Source: an uncultured Coriobacteriaceae bacterium | GTDB taxonomy: Bacteria > Actinomycetota > Coriobacteriia > Coriobacteriales > Atopobiaceae | Direction: 5' to 3' | DNA length: 64,000 nucleotides | Assembly: GCA_902777325.1 (NCBI GenBank) | Contig: CACYTH010000009.1 | Coordinates: 24,819 to 88,818, forward strand | Shown here: positions 17,653-26,216 of the stretch, in pieces | How positions within the stretch are numbered: position 1 is the first letter of the stretch | Layout: each line of letters opens with the position of its first letter | The notes under the pieces: generated by a model | What the model was told of the DNA's origin: nothing | The model's input: the letters and a program-made list of their open reading frames with translations, nothing else | Database searches by the model: none | Position numbers and translations under genes: made by a program

Positions 17653-18517
17653 ACGTTCTGGCTTGGGAAAAGGCCTCAACTCCCTCATGGGTGGCGCAGA
17701 TGCGGAAGTTGCAGCAGCGGTCACTCCAGACTCTGTACTCCCCCTGAGCGACATACGTCCAAACAAGGGGCAACCTCGCAAGAATTTTGACGAGGATGCG
17801 CTCGAGGAGCTGACGGATTCCATCAGGCAGAATGGCGTACTTCAACCGATTCTTGTCAGGAAGAAGGGACAGAAGTACGAGATCGTTGCTGGAGAGCGCA
17901 GGTATCAGGCCTCGAAGCGCGCTGGTCTTACTGAGATTCCGGTTGTCATCCGTGATATCTCGGATGAGGACGTGTTCAAGCTGGCCCTCATCGAGAACCT
18001 CCAACGTGCTGACCTTGATCCCATTGAGGAGGCAAGGGGATTCAAAACACTCCTGACAAAGTCTGGTATGACTCAGGCGGAGCTCGGTCAGGCACTCTCC
18101 AAGTCTCGTTCTGCAATTGCAAACTCGCTGCGACTGCTCGATCTGCCGGATGCCGTCCAGGAGATGATGGCAGACCGTAAGATCACTGCAGGCCATGCTC
18201 GTGCAATTCTTGCAGTTGCTGATGACGAGGCACGAATCAAGCTTGCAGAGAAGGTTGTAGAAGATGGACTGAGCGTACGTCAGACAGAAAACCTCGCTCC
18301 ATTGTTTTCTGTCACAGATAGGGAGCCTCCTGTACGAGTTGCTACTCCACAATCCTACAAACGTGCTGCTCGTCAACTTCGCCTAGTTCTTGATACCAAC
18401 GTAAAGGTCAAGCGGATGCGCAACAAGAACAAGATCGAGATTGAGTTTGCTGATGAGGAGCAACTCGCAAAGCTCGTCGAACAGCTGAGCAGGGTCGCGA
18501 TGGAGGGGAATGAGTAG
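17645..18517 (+). CDS. parB: chromosome partitioning protein ParB/Spo0J
   Basis: Motifs GLGKGLNSL, NKGQPRKNFDEDALEELTDSIRQNGVLQPILVR, GERRYQA, and the HTH QAELGQALSKSRSAIANSLRLL. Overlaps parA by 8 nt. Confidence 0.93.
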   Translation: MAKRSGLGKGLNSLMGGADAEVAAAVTPDSVLPLSDIRPNKGQPRKNFDEDALEELTDSIRQNGVLQPILVRKKGQKYEIVAGERRYQASKRAGLTEIPVVIRDISDEDVFKLALIENLQRADLDPIEEARGFKTLLTKSGMTQAELGQALSKSRSAIANSLRLLDLPDAVQEMMADRKITAGHARAILAVADDEARIKLAEKVVEDGLSVRQTENLAPLFSVTDREPPVRVATPQSYKRAARQLRLVLDTNVKVKRMRNKNKIEIEFADEEQLAKLVEQLSRVAMEGNE

Positions 18518-18773
18518 CATGCGGATACTCAAGCGGATTCGAAACGGAGCCATAGCCATTACCGCACTGTCGGTGCTCGGGGTCATCGCTTATCAAGTGC
18601 TGCTTGATGACGTGGCAAAGCAAGGTATCTCGTCGATGAATCGCACGATCATCGACTCGTACGTGCAGCTACATACCCTCGTGAACGATCACATCGGAAC
18701 GATCATGGACGAGGAGACGGTGCGTCAGAACCGAGAGCAGGTTCGCAAGGCATGGGAGAACCTCGGGTTTTAA
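18510..18773 (+). CDS. small hypothetical protein with one N-terminal TM helix, coupled to parB
   Basis: 87-aa ORF whose ATG overlaps the parB stop by 8 nt. Has a hydrophobic segment AIAITALSVLGVIAYQVLL. No family recognised. Confidence 0.45.
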   Translation: MSSMRILKRIRNGAIAITALSVLGVIAYQVLLDDVAKQGISSMNRTIIDSYVQLHTLVNDHIGTIMDEETVRQNREQVRKAWENLGF

Positions 18774-18810
18774 GTAAATAAGAACATGTGTTCGTATTTT
18801 GTGATAGAAG

Positions 18811-18842
18811 AGAGGGGCTTGAGTGCTTGCTCAAGCCCCTCT
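18811..18842. terminator. bidirectional hairpin between convergent genes
   Basis: AGAGGGGCTTGAG-tgcttg-CTCAAGCCCCTCT, between the 18510-18773 ORF and rlmN. Confidence 0.6.
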
Positions 18843-18850
18843 TGATGTGC

Positions 18851-19912
18851 CTATTTACCCAGGCGCTGCTTGAGCTGTCCGCATGCAGCGTCGATGTCCT
18901 GGCCACGGGACTGCCGGATGGTTGCCTCGACGCCGACATTGGCCAGGCGTCTGACAAACTCGCCTGCGCGGGCATCGGAGCTGGGCTGGAAGCGTGAGCC
19001 CTTGACCTCGTTGAGCTTGATGATGTTGACGTGGGCCAGATTGTCGCGGCAGAAGTCGCACAATGCCCCGAGTTCGTCCTCGGTGTCATTGACGCCACGG
19101 ATAAGTGCATACTCGTACGTCGGACGGCGTCCCGTCTTGTCAACGTACTCGCCCATCACCTCATAGAGGTGCAGGAGCGAGAACTTGCGGACGCCAGGCA
19201 TGAGAGCGTTGCGCGTGCGCTGGACGGCGGAATGCAGGGACACAGCAAGTGTGAACTGCTCTGGCTCGTTGGCAAAGCGCTTGATAGCAGGGATAATTCC
19301 GCAGGTAGACACTGTAATATGACGCGCGCCGATACCCAGGCCGTCAGGAGAGTTGATCTTTCTCATGGCAGCGAGCGTGGCATCGTAGTTGACGAAGGGC
19401 TCGCCCTGCCCCATGAGGACGACGCTGGACACACGCGAGTCAAAGTCATCACGAACGTGAATGACCTGGTCGTAGATCTCGCCAGCGGTAAGGGAGCGAG
19501 TCAGGCCAGCGGCACCAGTTGCGCAGAAGGCGCAGCCCATGCCGCACCCAGCCTGCGATGAGACGCATACGGCAAGCTTGTTGCCCGAGGGCATGCCCAC
19601 ACACTCAACAGTGGTGTTGTCGGCATAGCGAAGCAGGTACTTTCTGCTCCCGTCCTCTGAGATTTGGCGCGCGACCTGTGAGACGCCACCGAGCGTGAAC
19701 TGCTCGGAAAGCACAGCGCGCAGGGCCTTGGGGAGGTTGGTCATGTCATCAAAGGACGAAGCACCCTTCTCCCAGATCCACTCCTCGATCTGTTTCACGC
19801 GAAACGTTGGCTGCCCGAGCTCTTTGAGCGTCTCGAGCAGCTGGCCGTGCGTCAGGGTGCGCAGATCGGTGAGTCCGGAGTTCTGAGATGCTGTGTTTCT
19901 GGCTTCTTGCAT
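18851..19912 (-). CDS. rlmN: 23S rRNA/tRNA (adenine-C2)-methyltransferase RlmN (radical SAM)
   Basis: Motifs CVSSQAGCGMGCAFCATG, MGQGEPF, and IPAIKRFA...LAVSLH. Confidence 0.92.
   Translation of the reverse strand: MQEARNTASQNSGLTDLRTLTHGQLLETLKELGQPTFRVKQIEEWIWEKGASSFDDMTNLPKALRAVLSEQFTLGGVSQVARQISEDGSRKYLLRYADNTTVECVGMPSGNKLAVCVSSQAGCGMGCAFCATGAAGLTRSLTAGEIYDQVIHVRDDFDSRVSSVVLMGQGEPFVNYDATLAAMRKINSPDGLGIGARHITVSTCGIIPAIKRFANEPEQFTLAVSLHSAVQRTRNALMPGVRKFSLLHLYEVMGEYVDKTGRRPTYEYALIRGVNDTEDELGALCDFCRDNLAHVNIIKLNEVKGSRFQPSSDARAGEFVRRLANVGVEATIRQSRGQDIDAACGQLKQRLGK
19791..19806. promoter_or_regulatory. degenerate parS-like site inside rlmN
   Basis: TGTTTCACGCGAAACG has one central mismatch (GCG for GTG) relative to the four sites at 16.5-16.8 kb. 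Confidence 0.4.
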
Positions 19913-20022
19913 GATTTCGAACCTCTTCTACGTCTGTAAAACCACGTGGGGTACCATCGATGGTTGGATGCTTGCTCAACAGGTGAGTCTAGCGCAAGGA
20001 AGGTTGTAAAGGAGTTTGCCTC

Positions 20023-20973
20023 ATGGAGGTTAACGAGCTGACAAGTTGCAAGGTTGCGGTTCTTGCAGGAGGTTGGTCAGATGAGCGGGAGATATCGCTC
20101 AGCTCGGGCCGTGCGTGCAGAAAAGCCCTGCTAGAGGCTGGTTTTGCACAGGTAGATCTCTTTGACGTCGCATCTCCCGACTTTATCGCGGAGCTTACCA
20201 GCGGTTCCTATGACGTGGCGTTTCCCGCCATGCATGGCCACTATGGCGAGGATGGCTGCATTCAGGGCCTGCTGGAGATTCTCCATGTGCCCTACACGTT
20301 CTCTGGTGTCCTTGCCTCGGCAATGGGTACGGAGAAGGATGTTGCCAAGGTCATGTATCAGACGGTGGGCATTCCTACCGCCGAGGGCGTGACCCTCGCG
20401 CCGGGACATGTGCCCGACGAGGACGGCCTTGCCGGTATTGTTGAGCAGCTCGGCCTCCCCCTGTTTGTCAAGCCGGCGGGCAACGGGTCGAGCTACGGCA
20501 TCACGCGCGTAACCGACGCTGCCCAGCTCGAGGAGGCAATTCGCACCGCTGGCGCCAAGGGAGACACGGTTCTGGTGGAGCAGTGCATTACAGGCACCGA
20601 GATTACCGTCCCCGTCCTTGGAAACGAGGATCCCGAGGCCCTGCCGATTGTCGAGATCGTGACGGGCGCCGAGTTCTATGACCTCAAGGTCAAGTACGAG
20701 CCGGGCGAGCTGCATCATGTGATTCCGGCGCGTCTCGACGCCGACGTCTACGCGCGAGCTCAGGAACTCGCCGTCAAGGCACACAAGGTGCTGGGCTGCC
20801 GCGGTGTGTCCCGAAGCGACTTCATCGTTACGGAAGAGGGCGTCCCCTACATCCTGGAGACCAACACCATTCCCGGCATGACCGAGACGAGCCTGCTGCC
20901 CGATAGCGCCCGCCACGCGGGTATAGAGTTTCCGGAGCTCTGCCGCCGCATCGTGGAGCTGGCACTTGGGTAA
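20023..20973 (+). CDS. ddl: D-alanine--D-alanine ligase
   Basis: Motifs GGWSDEREISLSSG, HGHYGEDGCIQGLLE, VKPAGNGSSYG, RSDFIV and ETNTIPGMT. Confidence 0.93.
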   Translation: MEVNELTSCKVAVLAGGWSDEREISLSSGRACRKALLEAGFAQVDLFDVASPDFIAELTSGSYDVAFPAMHGHYGEDGCIQGLLEILHVPYTFSGVLASAMGTEKDVAKVMYQTVGIPTAEGVTLAPGHVPDEDGLAGIVEQLGLPLFVKPAGNGSSYGITRVTDAAQLEEAIRTAGAKGDTVLVEQCITGTEITVPVLGNEDPEALPIVEIVTGAEFYDLKVKYEPGELHHVIPARLDADVYARAQELAVKAHKVLGCRGVSRSDFIVTEEGVPYILETNTIPGMTETSLLPDSARHAGIEFPELCRRIVELALG

Positions 20974-21028
20974 GCCGGTGTCCGTCGGTCTGAACAGACC
21001 GGTACAACGAAAAGGAAACTGCAGGTAG

Positions 21029-23965
21029 ATGGCACAAAACAATGCGCAGGAGCTGCTTGGGCGGCTCCTGCTTCCCCAAACGCCAAAAGACGTGCGTGCG
21101 CAATACCTCACGCTCGCAGAACGAGCCCAAACCACCGACTTTGGTCCGCTCGAAGAGGACATGGTCGTACTCGACACCGAGACGACGGGTCTCTCGTTCA
21201 GGGAATGCGAGCTCATCGAGATTGCCGCGGCGCGCATCAGCGGAAAGCAAGTGGTTGACCGCTATCGCACTTTTGTGCAGCCGACCAAGCCAATACCTGC
21301 GGAGATACAGCAGCTGACGGGTATTCGCGCAATCGACGTAGCCGGAGCGCCCCTTGCCGAGGAGGCCGTGGCTGGTCTTGCGGACTTTGTCGGTGGTTCT
21401 CCCGTGTTGGCACATAATGCGACCTTCGATCGCACGTTTGTGGAAAAGGTGCCAGGCGGTCATGAGGTGAGTGACGTGTGGATCGACACGCTCTCACTGT
21501 CGCGCATGGCCCTGCCTTTGCTCTCGTCGCATCGCCTATCGGACATGGCAGCAGCGTTTGGCTGCGATAGCGTTACCCATCGCGCCATGGACGACGTGGA
21601 TGCCCTTTGTGGCATGTGGCCCATCATGCTTCAGGGTCTCCTTGACCTCCCTGACGGCCTTCTTGGACTGCTTGCGGGTATGCACCAGGATGTCGAGTGG
21701 CCGTTTAGGGTCATTCTCTCGTATCTCTCGACGATGGATGGTGGTGGGAGCTTCTCGCTCAAGTCCGTCCGTCACGATCTGATCGCCGGTGTTGGCTGGC
21801 ATACGCGCTCAGACGCCGCCGAGGTAACGCCTCTCAGTGCGCCATCAGAGGAGCAGATCAAGGCGGCCTTTGCCGACGGCGGCCTGGTATCGCAGATGTA
21901 CGACGTGTACGAGCGCCGTCCCGAGCAGGAGACCATGGCGCTCGAGGTACGTGAGGCCCTTTCAAGCTCGACCCATCGTGCCATCGAGGCGGGGACGGGT
22001 GTCGGCAAGTCTATGGCCTACCTCGTGCCCGCGATCGAGTTTGCCCAGAGTAACGGTATTACGGTGGGCGTTGCCACCAAGACCAACGCCCTTACCGACC
22101 AGCTGGTGGCGCATGAGCTACCTGCCCTCAAGCAGGCGCTTCCTGGTGGACTGACCTTTACAAGCCTCAAGGGCTATGAGCACTATCCGTGTCTCAATCG
22201 TCTGCAACGCGCCGCGACGGGTGAGCTGCCCTCACCTCAGTCCAATGCCTATCGCTCTGCCGAGGCCATGGAGGCGGACATGCTCACCGCCATTGCGGTG
22301 ACATATGCGTCTGTGTGCCAGGCGGCGGAGGGCGATCTCGACACGCTGGGCATACGCTGGCGTTTTGTTCCTCGTGGCATGCTTACGACCACACCCTCGG
22401 AGTGCCAGCGCACGCGCTGCCCGTTCTTCCCCAACGAGTGCATGGTGCATGGCGCGCGTAGACGCGCCAGTTGCTCCGACGTGGTGGTCACCAACCATTC
22501 GCTTCTCCTCCGCAACGTCGCAGCGGACGGCAGAATTCTGCCTCCCATCAGGCATTGGATCGTGGACGAGGCCCATGGGTTCGAGTCGGAAGCCCGTCGT
22601 CAGTGGGCTGTTGAGGTCACGGGTGACGAGGTCCGTCAGGCGTTTGAGAAGCTTGGCGGCACGAAGACCGGCACGATCCACACGCTCTTTGGGCAGATAA
22701 CGCAGAAGGAAGGATCGACCCTGCCTGCTCGCCTGCTCACAAAGCTCGCCGCGTCGGCCTCTCGCGCGACGGTCTCGACCGCGGACGTCTTTGAGGCGTT
22801 GCACGAGCTCACGCACGTGTCAGGGCCGAGCGGCGGTTACGAGACCCAGACGCTCTGGATTGACGAAGGTGTGCGCCAGACGCGTGAGTGGGCTGGGCTC
22901 TCCGAGGCCATGCTGCACGCAATCGAGCGACTCGACGAGGCGGCGAAGGACTCAAACGAGACCGTCGAGGCCCTTGCAGACATATCTGCCCAGCTTGGGG
23001 GCGACCTCAAGGAGGCTACGGGCTTCTTGGCCGAGCTGCGGGACGCCCTCTCGCTGATTGACGCGGGCGAGGACCACACCTATGTGTACTCGGCGCGCCT
23101 GTCCCGACGCAGGCGCGACATGGCAACGGAGGCTTTGCTCGCCGAAAAGGTGGACGTGGGCACTGACCTCGCCAAACGCTGGCTGCCCGAGATGATGAGC
23201 GTAACCTTCACCTCGGCAACCATTGCCGTGGGTGAGTCGTTTGACCACTTTGATCATGCCGTGGGACTCGACCAGATTGAGAAAAGCAACCGAGGTAGCC
23301 TAAAACTGGCCTCGAGCTTCGACTTCGACCGCAATATGAGCGTCTTGGTGTGCCGTGACATGCCCGCGCCAGGCACCCACGGCTATCTGCCCGCACTCGT
23401 CGACCTGCTCTACGACGTGCATCGTGCCATGGGTGGCTCGGTGCTCACGCTCTTCACCAATCGCCGCGAGATGGAGCAGGTACATGGCGAGCTCGCTCCG
23501 CGACTCTCAGCGATTGGGCTTGAGGTTGACTGTCAGGAGCGGGGATTCTCTCCGCGCCGGCTGCGCGAGAAGTTCATGGCAGATGAGAGCCGCTCGCTCA
23601 TGGCTCTCAAGTCCTTCTGGGAGGGGTTCGACGCGGCGGGTGACACGTTGCGCTGCGTGGTCATTCCCAAGCTGCCCTTCGCCAACCCCAATGACCCGCT
23701 GGTGCGTGAGCGCGACCTTCGCGAGGACCGCTCGTGGTGGCGCTACTCGCTGCCCGAGGCCGTGCTGTCGGTCAAACAGGCGGCCGGCCGACTCATACGC
23801 ACGGGGTCGGACGCGGGCATCGTGGTGTTTGCCGACTCCCGCGTGGCAACCAAGCGCTACGGCCAGCAGTTCGTGCGGTCCATGCCGAGCAACTCGTGTA
23901 CGCAGCTCGACTGCAAGAACGTGGGACGCTATATCGACATGTGGCGGTCTTCTCGCAAGCGATAG
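21029..23965 (+). CDS. dinG: DinG-family ATP-dependent helicase fused to an N-terminal DnaQ-like 3'-5' exonuclease domain
   Basis: Exonuclease motifs VVLDTETTGL, AHNATFDRTF, HRAMDDVDAL. Helicase motifs EAGTGVGKSMAYL, the Fe-S Cys cluster region, VDEAHGF, and C-terminal FWEGFD...RLIR. Confidence 0.88.
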   Translation: MAQNNAQELLGRLLLPQTPKDVRAQYLTLAERAQTTDFGPLEEDMVVLDTETTGLSFRECELIEIAAARISGKQVVDRYRTFVQPTKPIPAEIQQLTGIRAIDVAGAPLAEEAVAGLADFVGGSPVLAHNATFDRTFVEKVPGGHEVSDVWIDTLSLSRMALPLLSSHRLSDMAAAFGCDSVTHRAMDDVDALCGMWPIMLQGLLDLPDGLLGLLAGMHQDVEWPFRVILSYLSTMDGGGSFSLKSVRHDLIAGVGWHTRSDAAEVTPLSAPSEEQIKAAFADGGLVSQMYDVYERRPEQETMALEVREALSSSTHRAIEAGTGVGKSMAYLVPAIEFAQSNGITVGVATKTNALTDQLVAHELPALKQALPGGLTFTSLKGYEHYPCLNRLQRAATGELPSPQSNAYRSAEAMEADMLTAIAVTYASVCQAAEGDLDTLGIRWRFVPRGMLTTTPSECQRTRCPFFPNECMVHGARRRASCSDVVVTNHSLLLRNVAADGRILPPIRHWIVDEAHGFESEARRQWAVEVTGDEVRQAFEKLGGTKTGTIHTLFGQITQKEGSTLPARLLTKLAASASRATVSTADVFEALHELTHVSGPSGGYETQTLWIDEGVRQTREWAGLSEAMLHAIERLDEAAKDSNETVEALADISAQLGGDLKEATGFLAELRDALSLIDAGEDHTYVYSARLSRRRRDMATEALLAEKVDVGTDLAKRWLPEMMSVTFTSATIAVGESFDHFDHAVGLDQIEKSNRGSLKLASSFDFDRNMSVLVCRDMPAPGTHGYLPALVDLLYDVHRAMGGSVLTLFTNRREMEQVHGELAPRLSAIGLEVDCQERGFSPRRLREKFMADESRSLMALKSFWEGFDAAGDTLRCVVIPKLPFANPNDPLVRERDLREDRSWWRYSLPEAVLSVKQAAGRLIRTGSDAGIVVFADSRVATKRYGQQFVRSMPSNSCTQLDCKNVGRYIDMWRSSRKR

Positions 23966-23993
23966 TTTGCCAGAGGGTGTGTCTCGATAGAAA

Positions 23994-24034
23994 AAGCCCT
24001 GATACGCACAGTAATTTGGTGCGCATCAGGGCTT
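23994..24034. terminator. bidirectional hairpin between dinG and the WYL gene
   Basis: AAGCCCTGATACGCAC-agtaatttg-GTGCGCATCAGGGCTT with one mismatch, flanked by an A-run and a T-rich run. Confidence 0.6.
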
Positions 24035-24037
24035 CCT

Positions 24038-25990
24038 TTATGCGAGTTCCGTAGTCACCTCGTGCACCTGATCGGCGAGCTGCTTGTCACCGATGCGCAC
24101 GGTGCCGGCACATGCGACAAGGTGTCGCGCCAGCCACGTGCCGGCAAATTGCGGCAGACGTACGGTGACGGTCGTGTCGTCGACGCCGATGACCTCAAGG
24201 CCCTCCCAATGGAAGAGGTCGAGGTAGGTGCGGTCGTCAAAGCGCACCGTGACGAGCCTGCGGCTCTCCTCCTGTGTCTTTGGAGCTTCGGGCATCGACG
24301 CATCGAAGAGCGAGACATCGTGCATGCGATCGATGCGAAAGACCCTGTTGTCAGCACGTACGAGGTCAAAGGCATCAAGGTACCAGCTGTCGTCGCTGCG
24401 GCGCACCAGCCGGGGCACCACCCTACGGTTGCTGGCTGTGCCTCCACTCACCGGGCGATAGGAGAAGGCAAGCCCCTTGCCCTCGACGATGGCCTTTGAG
24501 CAGGTAATAAGGGTCGAGTTGTCCTCTGTAGAGCTGGGCTCCTCAAGCGTGCGCGCAATGTCGCTTGCCGAAAAGGAAGGCGAGGCATAGGAGCGCGCAA
24601 GCGTCTGCGCGAGGGGGTCGCTGTCGGGAACGCCAAGCTCGCTAAGGGCTGCGGAGAGCGCGATGGTCTCCGACCTGGTAAGACGCACGCGCCGCGCGCT
24701 CACCCCGGCACCCTCCATGAGGGCGACCTCGTCGTCATCGTCGCTGAGAATAACGGGAAGGTAGTCGATGGACTCTCCGCTTCCCATGGATACCAGCATG
24801 ATCAGATGCCGCGCGTAGTCGAAGTCGACCCCGAGCGTTTGTGCGATGTTCTCGGCAGTGATCACGTCACCCTCGCGCGTAAGGCTGCTTGCTAGTGCCA
24901 CGAGCTGGCGAGCGACGGCTACGCTACCCGTGCGACCGGCTCTTGACCTGCGCAAACGCGGTGCCTGAGCCTCGTCGGGCGATGGAAGGGTGGCATCGTA
25001 GGCATCAACCGCCGCGCTCGCCTGCACAATCTGGCTGCAAGCTAAAGCGAGGTCGTCTTTGTGGGCCGGGCTGAGACCTGCGCCGATGGACCAGGCGGCT
25101 ACGGCCTGCAGGCTGCTGTAGGGGACCTCCCAAATGGTCTGCGAGTCAACATCGAGAAGCTCGCCCTGGGTGGCCATGGCCCGCGTTGCCTCACGACCCT
25201 CGTCTCCCGTCACCCTAAAGTGCGCGAGCCCAATTGGGTCTCCCATCTGGAAGGGCAGGCGCTCGAAGTCGGTCACCGAGAAGTCCAGGGGTATCTTGTA
25301 GGAGATGGAGGCAATCTCGCGTGCCTTCGAGAAGCGGTCAAGCCGGTAGGTGCGCAGGGAGTCGGGTACGAGCGTGCCGTCCTTCTTGATGCGGCTGGCA
25401 ACAAAATAGGTCCGGTCGCGCAGGCCGAACGTACCCATGACGGCCAGGGTGCGCTGGCTGTCGGTACCGTGCGCGTCGGTGTACGAGACTGCGACCGCAT
25501 GGCGCGCGCTCATGCAACTCACAAGCGTGGAGAGAATCTTGTGCTCGGTTGGCGTAGTGGCATCTACGTGCGGTAGCGTTGACCCGCGATACATCTGCGC
25601 GATCTTTGCGAGGGCCATGCGCAGCTCGTCTCGGTAGGCAAATGACTGGTCAAAGGCCATGTCGTGGCAGAGAACGTACAGCATGCGGGCATCCTCTTGC
25701 TTGAGTCCATCGCCCTGGACGTAGGAGGTGAGCTCGTCTACCTGCCAAAGCGTGTCGCCATCAATCTGGCCCGCCTCGCGCACCTGAATGCCAAAGGTCG
25801 CCAAAAGCTCGCGATCGCGCAGGTACTGACGGTTGAAGGACTCGATGTCGAGCTCGGAGTAGAGGTCGGTCCTGATGGTCGACGAGGCAATAGGCCTGCT
25901 TGCGCCAAAGAACTTGACGGCAAGAGTAAGAACGCGGGTGGCTCTGAGATCGTCTGCCGTCACCTTGAGATGTTGGTCGGTCTTGGCCAT
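24038..25990 (-). CDS. fused tandem HTH-WYL regulator (PafB/PafC-like, single polypeptide)
   Basis: 650 aa from ATG 25990 (GGAGGG RBS). Two repeats of the WYL-type module: TYFVASRI...RTYRLDRF and SWYLDAFD...RVFRIDRM. Confidence 0.7.
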   Translation of the reverse strand: MAKTDQHLKVTADDLRATRVLTLAVKFFGASRPIASSTIRTDLYSELDIESFNRQYLRDRELLATFGIQVREAGQIDGDTLWQVDELTSYVQGDGLKQEDARMLYVLCHDMAFDQSFAYRDELRMALAKIAQMYRGSTLPHVDATTPTEHKILSTLVSCMSARHAVAVSYTDAHGTDSQRTLAVMGTFGLRDRTYFVASRIKKDGTLVPDSLRTYRLDRFSKAREIASISYKIPLDFSVTDFERLPFQMGDPIGLAHFRVTGDEGREATRAMATQGELLDVDSQTIWEVPYSSLQAVAAWSIGAGLSPAHKDDLALACSQIVQASAAVDAYDATLPSPDEAQAPRLRRSRAGRTGSVAVARQLVALASSLTREGDVITAENIAQTLGVDFDYARHLIMLVSMGSGESIDYLPVILSDDDDEVALMEGAGVSARRVRLTRSETIALSAALSELGVPDSDPLAQTLARSYASPSFSASDIARTLEEPSSTEDNSTLITCSKAIVEGKGLAFSYRPVSGGTASNRRVVPRLVRRSDDSWYLDAFDLVRADNRVFRIDRMHDVSLFDASMPEAPKTQEESRRLVTVRFDDRTYLDLFHWEGLEVIGVDDTTVTVRLPQFAGTWLARHLVACAGTVRIGDKQLADQVHEVTTELA

Positions 25991-26216
25991 GGGCCCTCCA
26001 TGGTACGCATGTTCCGTTTCTGTAAAGAATAGTACGGAATGACGGGCAAGCCAAACTCGGACAGCTCGGATGCCGCTTGCCCGCATCACGAGTCGGAGGA
26101 TGAAAACACACCTGAAAAGGATTGTCGTGTGGTGCTTGGTCTAATAGGGCCGTTGTCGGCGTATACTTAGAGCACTAATGTGCAATCACACGCAACCGCT
26201 AGGCGAGGGACGCAAC

